A stretch of DNA of 32,000 nucleotides. Source: Tannockella kyphosi. Lineage in GTDB: Bacteria > Bacillota_I > Bacilli_A > Erysipelotrichales > Coprobacillaceae. The position numbers and the translations under genes are program-made. The stretch lies in assembly GCF_021054785.1 (NCBI RefSeq), contig NZ_CP088239.1, positions 1,710,001-1,742,000 of the forward strand, in the 5' to 3' direction. Below are positions 24,417 through 32,000 of this stretch, in pieces (the first letter of the stretch is position 1; the number at the start of each line of letters is the position of its first letter). The notes beneath the pieces were generated by a model, which did no database searches, was not told the origin of the DNA, and saw nothing but the letters and a program-made list of their open reading frames with translations.

Positions 24417-24471
24417 ATTATAACATATATTGTCATATTTTTAATGCTGTTTATAGTTGATTTTATGACAA
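24417..24471. promoter_or_regulatory. Back-to-back promoter/operator region upstream of xre
   Basis: The minus strand carries an extended -10 (TGTTATAAT) at 24417-24425 for xre. The plus strand carries TTGTCA-N16-TATAGT at 24430-24457. The inverted repeat TTGTCATA (24430-37) / TATGACAA (24464-71) brackets the plus-strand promoter. Confidence 0.4.
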
Positions 24472-24596
24472 CACTATTTATTTCAAATAATACATGTGGT
24501 TTTTACAATAATAAAAGAGAGAAACCTGCAAAGCCTCACGTTATCTCTCTAATTTGTTTGATAATTATTTTCCTTTTTACTAACAAAAGTATCTAA
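24465..24596 (+). CDS. Candidate 43-aa small ORF with hydrophobic C-terminus (possibly leaderless)
   Basis: It reads MTTLFISNNTCGFYNNKREKPAKPHVISLICLIIIFLFTNKSI. The ATG lies 7 nt after the TATAGT -10 and there is no SD. It was not in the ORF track because it is shorter than 60 aa. Support is weak. Confidence 0.15.
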   Translation: MTTLFISNNTCGFYNNKREKPAKPHVISLICLIIIFLFTNKSI

Positions 24597-24650
24597 TACC
24601 TTTCTTCAAGGAGCAACCACATTACTTTGTAGTTCTTAGATTCAGCTTTT

Positions 24651-27554
24651 TTATTTTTCAGTAATATAACGATAGACATCTTCTCGAATCGGTGTCTCTA
24701 ATTGCCATTCTATTTCTACTACTGATACTTTTGTATTTGGCATAACAACTTCTTCCGCTTTACCTGTTGCATTCATTCTCCCTAGATAATAAAATTCTTT
24801 TGCAGTCTTATCATCTTTGTTTTTTCTAACAAACAAATCAACTTTAATATTCTCTTTTTTTGCACCCAAGAACATTTGAACATCTTTTGATAATAAGTTT
24901 TTATTTTGTTTAGATATTGCAATTATTTTATCAGAAGAAATAAAACGATCTTCATAACGAGTCTCATCATTTATATCACTATCTTTTTCATAATTAATAA
25001 AAACAGGAAATGTTCTTGTTTTTTCATTATATAAGTATCCACCAATGTTTTGTGCCACAATACTTTGATGCCACTCTAATAATCTACACACATCCTCATA
25101 CGTATATTTTTGATATAAAACAAGAGAAGAGTTTAGATATCTATTACTATAATATTTATGATAACGATATTTACCATACGCTATTAATTCAACTATCATT
25201 TCTTTAAAATTATAATTATTTAAGTAATTCGAAAATTCATCACTAATCTTTACACCATCTGATGTTTTAACAACAAAACAACAATCTTGATATGTTTTTG
25301 TTGAAATCCCAGTAATAAAATTAGCAGATAATACATTTACAACATTCTCAATCGTATTTCCACTTACCACAATATTATGTTTTGTTTGCATCACTTCTTT
25401 AAAAGTAGTTTCGACATCTTTTCCATCTAATAAAATAGATAGCATTTCTAACTCATGTACACGTTTGGCATTGAGTAGTTTCTTAGATATAAATTCTATC
25501 ATTCTATCTTCTACAGGAGACAATCTAACAACATAATCTTTTTCATACTTCACTAAAAATTTATAATAAGAACCAAGTGTTTGATGATCAAAAATACATT
25601 GCACATCCATTTCACCATATATCTCAAAATCCATCAATGTTGGTATTTTCCCAATTTTATTCTTTAAATTCGTATAATTTTCTTTAATCAATCGAACAAC
25701 ACTAAAATTAGCCGCATCGATAGATTCAAATATTTTTTTCTTTGCTATTGCATCAAAATGAATTGTTGAAGTTCCAGGAATAATTCTCTCTCCCTCCATT
25801 ACAAATCGACGAATCGTATCCTTGTTAAAACTACGATCACCATACAAAGCTATTGGTATCATAAAATTAGTTTCATAGTTTCCAATAAAATCCAATATAA
25901 CGACATAATCTTTCTCGTTGTCTTTTCTAAGCCCTCTCCCTAACTGTTGCACAAATACAGTTGGACTTTGTGTTGGTCTTAACATCACGACTTGATTTAC
26001 CTCAGGTATATCCACACCTTCATTAAATATATCAACTGTTAGTAAATAGTCTAATTTGTCATTTCTGTGATCACTTACTAGTCTTTGAATAGCTATTTCA
26101 CGTTTTTCTTGTGAGTCACTACCACTTAATACAAGTGTAGATAACCCTCTTTCATTCATTTTCTCACTTAACTCTTTTGCTTCTTCATTGCGACTACAAA
26201 ACATCAATCCTTTTACTCGATCTCCCGAATATCCGTAATATGCCGCTTTTTCCATAATATAATCAACACGTTCTTCACATATTAAATCATTGAAATCTGA
26301 TTGTTTATTTATCAATACTTCTCCATCGACATGAAAATCAGTCACACCAAAATAGTGAAACGGGCACAACATATCTGCTTCCATCGCTTGTTGAAGACGA
26401 ATCTCGTAAATAATATTATGATCAAACATTCCATAAATATCAATCCCATCCATTCTTTCAGGACTTGCAGTCATTCCAAAATAAAAGCTAGGCAAAAAAT
26501 ATTTCATAATACTATTATAACTTAATGATCCTGCTCGATGAACTTCATCAATAATAATGACATCAAATTCAGATTTATCAAACTTAGAATAAACCTCTTC
26601 TTTTGCCATCATATTCATTGTTGAAAACAAGTAATCTACATTTGTTTCTTTCGAAGTTCCTGATAATAATCCAAATGTTTTCGTATTACCAAATATATTT
26701 TTAAAACTTTTTATAGCTTGTTTTGCAATTTGTTCTCTATGTACAATGAATAATACTTTTTTAGGATTCTGTTCAAACATACTAAATGCTGCCGCATATG
26801 TTTTTCCAGTTCCTGTCGCAGAAATAAGAAGCCCTCTTTTTTCTCCCTTTTTTAATAATTCTTGATAGTTATGAATTACCTTTTGTTGCATTTCATTTGG
26901 TTTTAAGTCATAGATGATGGTTTGTTCTTCTTTTTTAGCAATTACTTTTTTCTTAGCATACTCTATTTCATAGTTTTCTATAAATTCATTAAACTGATAA
27001 GTATCCTCACTAACCCACAATTCTTCAAATTCCTCTAAAATATGATGAATATATTCACCTTGACTTGTAGAAGTAACCTTTGTATTCCATTCCTTATTCA
27101 CACTTAATGCTTTCGCTGTTAAATTAGAACTACCTACAATAACGGTATAATTGCTATCATTCTTAAAAATATATCCTTTCGTATGGAAACCAACATTTCC
27201 TGATTCATACATTCTAAGTTCTATATTACGATAAGAATTTAATTTATGCAGTGCCTTCGGATCTGTAAACATTAAATAGTCCGTAGTTAGCACTCTTCCC
27301 TTAATACCTTTTTGTTCTAACACTCGTAACGTTTCTAAAAGTTGTACTAACCCACTTTGTGTAACAAATGCGACACTAATTATAAATTCTTCGCATCGAT
27401 TAAACTCTGTTTCTAATGTAGTTAACACTCTTTTTCTCTCTTTATAATTATTGGAAACAAATTCCGGTTTATAAGAAGATGTTTTTTTACTAGCAGCATC
27501 AATAAACGCTATTTCTAATCCATCTTTTATTTCTTGTATTACTTTATTAGACAT
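24651..27554 (-). CDS. HKD (PLD-family) nuclease / SF2 DEAD-DEAH (ResIII-type) helicase / DUF3427 fusion protein, 967 aa
   Basis: There is a single HKD motif (GFHTKGYIFKNDSNYTVIVGSSNLT). The helicase motifs are Walker A LISATGTGKT, motif II IIIDEVH, motif III MTASP and motif VI QQLGRGLR. The C-terminal 330 aa or so carries a DUF3427-like signature (LFVRK...FYYLG). AGGAG lies 8 nt upstream of the ATG. Confidence 0.85.
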   Translation of the reverse strand: MSNKVIQEIKDGLEIAFIDAASKKTSSYKPEFVSNNYKERKRVLTTLETEFNRCEEFIISVAFVTQSGLVQLLETLRVLEQKGIKGRVLTTDYLMFTDPKALHKLNSYRNIELRMYESGNVGFHTKGYIFKNDSNYTVIVGSSNLTAKALSVNKEWNTKVTSTSQGEYIHHILEEFEELWVSEDTYQFNEFIENYEIEYAKKKVIAKKEEQTIIYDLKPNEMQQKVIHNYQELLKKGEKRGLLISATGTGKTYAAAFSMFEQNPKKVLFIVHREQIAKQAIKSFKNIFGNTKTFGLLSGTSKETNVDYLFSTMNMMAKEEVYSKFDKSEFDVIIIDEVHRAGSLSYNSIMKYFLPSFYFGMTASPERMDGIDIYGMFDHNIIYEIRLQQAMEADMLCPFHYFGVTDFHVDGEVLINKQSDFNDLICEERVDYIMEKAAYYGYSGDRVKGLMFCSRNEEAKELSEKMNERGLSTLVLSGSDSQEKREIAIQRLVSDHRNDKLDYLLTVDIFNEGVDIPEVNQVVMLRPTQSPTVFVQQLGRGLRKDNEKDYVVILDFIGNYETNFMIPIALYGDRSFNKDTIRRFVMEGERIIPGTSTIHFDAIAKKKIFESIDAANFSVVRLIKENYTNLKNKIGKIPTLMDFEIYGEMDVQCIFDHQTLGSYYKFLVKYEKDYVVRLSPVEDRMIEFISKKLLNAKRVHELEMLSILLDGKDVETTFKEVMQTKHNIVVSGNTIENVVNVLSANFITGISTKTYQDCCFVVKTSDGVKISDEFSNYLNNYNFKEMIVELIAYGKYRYHKYYSNRYLNSSLVLYQKYTYEDVCRLLEWHQSIVAQNIGGYLYNEKTRTFPVFINYEKDSDINDETRYEDRFISSDKIIAISKQNKNLLSKDVQMFLGAKKENIKVDLFVRKNKDDKTAKEFYYLGRMNATGKAEEVVMPNTKVSVVEIEWQLETPIREDVYRYITEK

Positions 27555-27576
27555 ACCATCAACTCCTATCTTTAAA

Positions 27577-27611
27577 ATTATAGCATTATCTAAAATGCGA
27601 TCATAGCATTA
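27577..27611 (-). promoter_or_regulatory. Helicase promoter region with two TAATGCTAT(A/G)AT repeats 23 bp apart
   Basis: The minus strand carries TGCTATAAT (an extended -10) at 27577-27585 and a second copy, TGCTATGAT, at 27600-27608. On the plus strand these read ttatagcatta and tcatagcatta. Confidence 0.45.
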
Positions 27612-27617
27612 GATAAC

Positions 27618-27651
27618 AAAAAGGACTATTTCTGGTAAAAACAGTCCTTTT
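27618..27651 (-). terminator. Terminator insulating the helicase gene from udp read-through
   Basis: The stem is AAAAGGACT/AGTCCTTTT with a 15-nt loop. On the minus strand it is followed by TGTTATC. Confidence 0.5.
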
Positions 27652-27783
27652 CTAGCCTATAATTCAATAAGCAAGATTTTTAATTTATTCATTTTCATAT
27701 CCAACAATCTTTTATATCCTATTACTTTTTGCTCCTCGCCTTTCAACTTTTGTCCTATAAATCTATCCTCTTTATTTATGATA

Positions 27784-27809
27784 AAAGAGGTGTATTACTA
27801 CACCTCTTT
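27784..27809 (-). terminator. Terminator of udp
   Basis: AAAGAGGTGTA/TACACCTCTTT is an 11-bp perfect stem with a 4-nt loop. It overlaps the stop codon and is followed by T-rich sequence. Confidence 0.6.
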
Positions 27810-28577
27810 GTCTTCTTCTATTAAAATACGAATTGCTTCTATTGCTACTTTAATTGGTAATTCTGTATCATGGACAATTGGATTTTCCATTCCTAATGCA
27901 TTACGTTCTTGATTACCCATTACTAAGAAATTGGATCCACAACGTACTTTCAAATGACTTGCAACAATAAATAAGGCTGCTGATTCCATTTCAGAAGCTT
28001 TACATCCTAGTCTTTTCCAAGCTTCCCATTTATTTAACAATTCATAACTTACTGGCATTACTTCTGGTTCATGTTGACCATAAAAAGCATCTTTACATTG
28101 AACTACACCTGTATGATAGGGTGCTCCTAATTTTTTAGATGCTTTTACCAAAGCATTTGTGATATCTAAATTAGCGACTGCAGGGAATTCAATAGGAGCA
28201 TATTCTTTACTTGTTCCTTCATTACGAATAGCGCCTGTTGCAATAACAACATCTCCACCCTTTACATCTAAATCAATACCCCCACAAGTACCAACACGAA
28301 TAAATGTATCAGCACCACAACGATACAATTCTTCCATTGCAATAGAAGCACTAGGCCCACCAATTCCAGTAGAAGTTACACTTACTTTCACTCCGTTTAA
28401 CCATCCTGTATACGTAACATATTCTCTACTATCTGCCATTAATACTGGATTATCAAAAAAAGCCGCTATTTTAGCACATCTTTTAGGATCTCCTGGTAAG
28501 ATAACATATCTACCAACATCCCCTGGTCTTAATTGAACATGATATTGTAATTGTTCATCATCTGTATACTTTTGCAT
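27798..28577 (-). CDS. udp: Uridine phosphorylase-family nucleoside phosphorylase (PNP_UDP_1)
   Basis: Recognised from [37 protein letters not shown] and SEMESAALF. The uridine versus purine specificity was not resolved by eye. Confidence 0.75.
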   Translation of the reverse strand: MQKYTDDEQLQYHVQLRPGDVGRYVILPGDPKRCAKIAAFFDNPVLMADSREYVTYTGWLNGVKVSVTSTGIGGPSASIAMEELYRCGADTFIRVGTCGGIDLDVKGGDVVIATGAIRNEGTSKEYAPIEFPAVANLDITNALVKASKKLGAPYHTGVVQCKDAFYGQHEPEVMPVSYELLNKWEAWKRLGCKASEMESAALFIVASHLKVRCGSNFLVMGNQERNALGMENPIVHDTELPIKVAIEAIRILIEEDKEV

Positions 28578-28620
28578 TATAAATACCTCTTTTCTTCTAT
28601 CCCCATTCTATCATGAATAG

Positions 28621-29736
28621 TTATTTATTTGTATTATTTTTAATCATCAATATGTCTGCTGCTTGTTCTACTAACATACCCGCTAACTCAAACATAAATT
28701 TCCTTTCATCACTTTGTAGATTCGTAAATCCTACCAATCCTTGAATCCCTTTATTAATATTTAAATTCTTCATATCCGACAACGTCTTCATTTCCATTGT
28801 ATCTAACCACAAAGATAAACTATCCATTAATCTTTTTCTAGTCTCCGAATCCTTGGTAAGTACTAATTGATGAAAAGAAACTAGTAACTCCTCACTTTCA
28901 ACACTAAAAGAAGAAAGATATTCAAATGAATCAACTTTACATTTCCATGATGTTGCATCATGTTGACGTAGTCCAGGTGCATAAGAAGCAATCACTTTCA
29001 TTTTTTCTTTATGCTCCAACATTCTTCCTATCACTGAACACTCAGGTACATAATTTGTTATTTTAGGAAGAATACTAGCAAGCTCTTTATCATGATAAAA
29101 TTCTGGTAAAAATCCCGGTCCATCAAAACTAAATACTTTTTGAATATAGTGATGATCATCACTATCCATAATAGCTGCAACCATAGCCAAATGAGCACCC
29201 TTTGAATGTCCACCTAAATATAATTTAGTCTTTTTAAATAATCCCTTTGACTTAGGAACCTCTTTTAAATATTCACTAGCTAATACATGTCCATGTATTG
29301 CTGGTGAATATAAAAGCTTCACGTTTTCTTTCCATCCTAGAATTGTTCGATCTGTACCACGATATGCTACAAACTTAGTATTTTCCTCTAATTCAAAAGT
29401 CATTGCTGCAAATTGTGTTATGTTATCACAATCATCTAAAATAACATACCTAGATAAAATAATATCACGATATCTTCTAGCATCTTTTACTTTATCCAAC
29501 ACTTCTAAGATTCTTTGCGAAAATATATACGTATCCTTATTCCCTTGTTCTTTAAAATAGTCTTGATATTTTTGACAAGCTAATGTTAAAGGAACCACGG
29601 TTTCTTTATTAATCCCTATTTCTTCCCACGTTATATAAGCTAACAAAGAAAGAACTAGTGCATCCACTTCATTAAATTCTTTTTCTTTCATTGTTATATC
29701 GTGACGATATAACAAATAAGTAACGATATCTTCCAT
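28621..29736 (-). CDS. Mbeg1-like (DUF2974) alpha/beta-hydrolase-fold protein
   Basis: YLGGHSKGAHLA is the GHSKG nucleophile-elbow motif. ATG 29736 has GAGG 9 nt upstream. The track start at 29745 is a GTG with no spacing to the SD. Confidence 0.7.
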   Translation of the reverse strand: MEDIVTYLLYRHDITMKEKEFNEVDALVLSLLAYITWEEIGINKETVVPLTLACQKYQDYFKEQGNKDTYIFSQRILEVLDKVKDARRYRDIILSRYVILDDCDNITQFAAMTFELEENTKFVAYRGTDRTILGWKENVKLLYSPAIHGHVLASEYLKEVPKSKGLFKKTKLYLGGHSKGAHLAMVAAIMDSDDHHYIQKVFSFDGPGFLPEFYHDKELASILPKITNYVPECSVIGRMLEHKEKMKVIASYAPGLRQHDATSWKCKVDSFEYLSSFSVESEELLVSFHQLVLTKDSETRKRLMDSLSLWLDTMEMKTLSDMKNLNINKGIQGLVGFTNLQSDERKFMFELAGMLVEQAADILMIKNNTNK

Positions 29737-29791
29737 TTCATTCACCCTCTATCTTTATTTTATTCAACTCCATTAAAAAGTTTAAAAAGAA

Positions 29792-29815
29792 AAAATACTT
29801 ATTTCTAAGTATTTT
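29792..29815 (-). terminator. Rho-independent terminator of yeiH
   Basis: AAAATACTTA/TAAGTATTTT is a 10-bp perfect stem. On the minus strand it is followed by TTTTTTCTTTTT. Confidence 0.7.
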
Positions 29816-30899
29816 AAACTAATCCCATACTATATTCTACCACAATTGCAACAATAACAACCAATAAAGAAATAATAAATCCATGTAACATTGGTTTTGT
29901 TCCTGCTTGTTTCATATCTTTAAAACTAGTATGAAACCCTATCGCTGCCAAAGCAGCAACCATTAAAAACTTACTAATATCCTTTGCTAGTAGAGACACA
30001 TTGCTTGGAATATAGCCAAGACTATTAAGAATAGCCATCATTACAAACCCAACAATAAACCAAGGAAATAAAGCTAAGAAAGGAACTGATTTCTTTTCCA
30101 CTTGATGATGATGTAGAATCTCTCCTATTTGTTCTGTTTGACTTACTTCATAAGCATTTATTTGTAACTTAGTTGCTTCTTGATTTTCTTTCTTTTTTAA
30201 ATACATATGAATACAAGCAAAAATTACTACCGTAGGTATAATCGCTAATGTTCTTGTTAGCTTTACCATTGTCGCAAAATCACCAGCTGCTTCACTAAAA
30301 GCATACCCTGCAGCAACAACACTCGAAGTATCATTGACAGCTGTTCCAGCCCATAAGCCATATGCCATATCACTCAATCCTAATGCATTCCCCATAATTG
30401 GAAAAGCCAAAATCATTAACATATCAAAAATAAAAGTAGCAGACATTGCATACGCTATTTCTTCATCTTTTGCCTCAATAACTGGAGCTATTGCCGCTAT
30501 CGCTGAACCTCCACATATTCCTGTCCCAGCAGATATAAGATTTGATATCTTCCAATCTAATCCTAATAATTTCCCAATAAAATAACCACCACCAAAACAT
30601 GTCAATAACGTAAAAAACATCACCGTAAGAGACATTCTCCCTACCGTTAATATCGTTTGAATACTTAAAGAAGCCCCTAATAAAATAATCGCTAATTTTA
30701 ATAACTTCTTTGATGTAAACTTAAACCCTTCTTTTAAAGAATCTACCTGAAAGAAATGATTCCCAAACATTCCCAAAAACATCGCTATAATCGATGCTCC
30801 AATCATATGAATCGGTAACAATTCTTCGATCCATTGTGCTACAAATGCAACCAAGAAACAAACCAATACTCCTGGTATAATTTTTATTATTTTATTCAT
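29814..30899 (-). CDS. yeiH: YeiH/UPF0324-family (putative sulfate exporter family) membrane protein
   Basis: It is a roughly 10-TM protein with family-like segments (SAGTGICGGSAIAA, NDTSSVVAAG). It is divergently paired with a LysR regulator, as in the classical yeiH/yeiE arrangement. ATG 30899 has GGAGG 7 nt upstream. Confidence 0.75.
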   Translation of the reverse strand: MNKIIKIIPGVLVCFLVAFVAQWIEELLPIHMIGASIIAMFLGMFGNHFFQVDSLKEGFKFTSKKLLKLAIILLGASLSIQTILTVGRMSLTVMFFTLLTCFGGGYFIGKLLGLDWKISNLISAGTGICGGSAIAAIAPVIEAKDEEIAYAMSATFIFDMLMILAFPIMGNALGLSDMAYGLWAGTAVNDTSSVVAAGYAFSEAAGDFATMVKLTRTLAIIPTVVIFACIHMYLKKKENQEATKLQINAYEVSQTEQIGEILHHHQVEKKSVPFLALFPWFIVGFVMMAILNSLGYIPSNVSLLAKDISKFLMVAALAAIGFHTSFKDMKQAGTKPMLHGFIISLLVVIVAIVVEYSMGLV

Positions 30900-30933
30900 T
30901 TTCATACCTCCATGGTTGATTATATAACAAATT

Positions 30934-30973
30934 ATTGATAAAATAAATTAATTAGATTTTATGAATTGATAAA
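30934..30973. promoter_or_regulatory. Divergent yeiH/LysR control region with ATTGATAAA direct repeat and a T-N11-A-like dyad
   Basis: ATTGATAAA occurs at 30934-42 and at 30965-73. The dyad TAAAAT-N11-ATTTTA lies between the two copies. Confidence 0.3.
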
Positions 30974-30997
30974 TATATCTTATTAAAGGAGAATGCT

Positions 30998-31852
30998 ATG
31001 ATTGATACTAGAATTTATACTTTTTTAGAATTATGCAAACAAATGAATTATCGCAAAACAGCAGAAGCATTACATATTACCCAACCTGGTGTAAGTCAAC
31101 ATATTAAATATTTAGAAAACTTATATGAATGTACTTTATTTAATTACCATAACAAAATACTTACAAAAACAAAAAAATGCATTGAATTAGAACAATCTGC
31201 TCGTTCTATTCTTTCTTTAAATGATTCTTTAAAAGAATCATTACGTTCCAATGATTTAGTATCTATTCATATTGGAGCTACTAGAACAATAGGAGATTAT
31301 GTCATTGATCAAATAGTAATGGAATTATTAAAAGATCCTTCTATTGATTTTCATTTAACTATTGATAATACTGAAGTATTATTAAAGAAACTAAATAATT
31401 TTGAATTAGATTTCTTATTATTAGAAGGTTATATTGATAAAAATATTTATGATTCTAAACTTATTTCTAAAGAAGAATTAGTTGGTATTTGTTCTAAAGA
31501 ACATCCTTTTTCAAATAAAGAAGTATCTTTATTTGAAATCTTCCAAGAAAATATCATCCTTAGAGAACAAGGCTCTGGTACTAGAGCCTTGTTAGAGAGT
31601 TTTTTATTAGAAAATAATTATTCTTTTGATTCTTTTTGTAACAAGTCTGTTATTAATAGTTACCCATTAATAGAAAAAGCCGTAGAAAATAATATCGCTA
31701 TCTCTTTTGTATATGATGTAATTCCTAAAAAGAATCCTAACTTAGCTACTTTTAGAATCAAAGATGCTTCTATTTATCATGAATTTAACTATGTTTTTTT
31801 AAAAGGAACAAACAAAGAAAAGAAGCTTCAGCTTTTGTCTATTAATCAATAA
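30998..31852 (+). CDS. LysR-family transcriptional regulator
   Basis: The N-terminal HTH reads YRKTAEALHITQPGVSQHIKYLE. The C-terminal half resembles a periplasmic-binding-protein fold. AAAGGAG lies upstream. Confidence 0.85.
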   Translation: MIDTRIYTFLELCKQMNYRKTAEALHITQPGVSQHIKYLENLYECTLFNYHNKILTKTKKCIELEQSARSILSLNDSLKESLRSNDLVSIHIGATRTIGDYVIDQIVMELLKDPSIDFHLTIDNTEVLLKKLNNFELDFLLLEGYIDKNIYDSKLISKEELVGICSKEHPFSNKEVSLFEIFQENIILREQGSGTRALLESFLLENNYSFDSFCNKSVINSYPLIEKAVENNIAISFVYDVIPKKNPNLATFRIKDASIYHEFNYVFLKGTNKEKKLQLLSINQ

Positions 31853-31972
31853 ATGAAAAATATTACCAACGATTACGCTCTTCATTTTGAAGAATGTTTG
31901 AAATGTGCTGATACTGCATTATCTATTTCGAAAAACGCTGGTAAGAATACTTTTACTGCCTATTTTGAATAA
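31853..31972 (+). pseudogene. 39-codon ORF resembling the extreme C-terminus of a GGDEF (diguanylate cyclase) domain
   Basis: It reads MKNITNDYALHFEECLKCADTALSISKNAGKNTFTAYFE. Compare the canonical domain end ...ADxALYxAKxxG+N.... It starts immediately after the LysR stop codon, in the same frame, and has no RBS. Confidence 0.4.
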
Positions 31973-31976
31973 TAGA

Positions 31977-32000
31977 AAAGCTTCCTTTTTAGGAAGCTTT
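31977..32000 (+). terminator. Hairpin AAAGCTTCCT-TTTT-AGGAAGCTTT (cut by the window end)
   Basis: The stem is a perfect 10 bp. Any T-run would lie beyond the window. Confidence 0.5.

Noticed and set aside
24516-24650. Terminator(s) for the helicase gene: AGAGAGA...TCTCTCT with a 21-nt loop, and an AAAGGTAT-TAG-ATACTTTT hairpin
   Set aside because: The stems are short or wobble-paired and the loops are large or tiny. They are too weak to annotate, so read-through from the helicase gene into xre/immA cannot be excluded.

Overview
This is a low-GC chromosomal segment from an anaerobe-type Bacillota genome; the exact taxon cannot be verified here. Nearly all genes are on the minus strand. Most of the content is ordinary housekeeping:
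- anaerobic ribonucleotide reductase nrdD/nrdG and a B12-binding radical SAM protein
- an RpiR-regulated two-subunit Fe-S hydro-lyase operon with a VanY-like peptidase
- an M19 dipeptidase
- a stand-alone six-tRNA operon (Asn-Glu-Val-Thr-Lys-Leu)
- a membrane pyrophosphatase (hppA), a uridine-phosphorylase-family enzyme, and a yeiH/LysR divergent pair

Accessory or unusual content:
1. A three-gene module at about 23.3-27.6 kb lies between hppA and udp. It encodes a 967-aa fusion of a single-HKD (PLD) nuclease, an SF2 helicase and DUF3427, with its own promoter and two upstream terminators. An overlapping XRE repressor / ImmA-IrrE metalloprotease pair follows it. I consider this the best candidate for an uncharacterised defence or genome-surveillance system.
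2. An intact ISL3-family IS (2753-4297) has 26-bp inverted repeats and a palindromic 8-bp target duplication. It sits in the last codons of a GntR/HutC regulator gene.
3. A two-gene rubredoxin-domain operon includes a rubrerythrin-like protein that appears to have lost its di-iron ligands.
4. Gene remnants are present (a HAD phosphatase and a GGDEF C-terminus), along with a repeated terminator/promoter-like intergenic cassette, a Ser/Asp-rich surface protein with a 51-bp tandem repeat, and several operator-like palindromes.

No CRISPR array, rRNA, integrase or phage structural genes were seen. All domain calls come from motif recognition by eye; no database search was possible.
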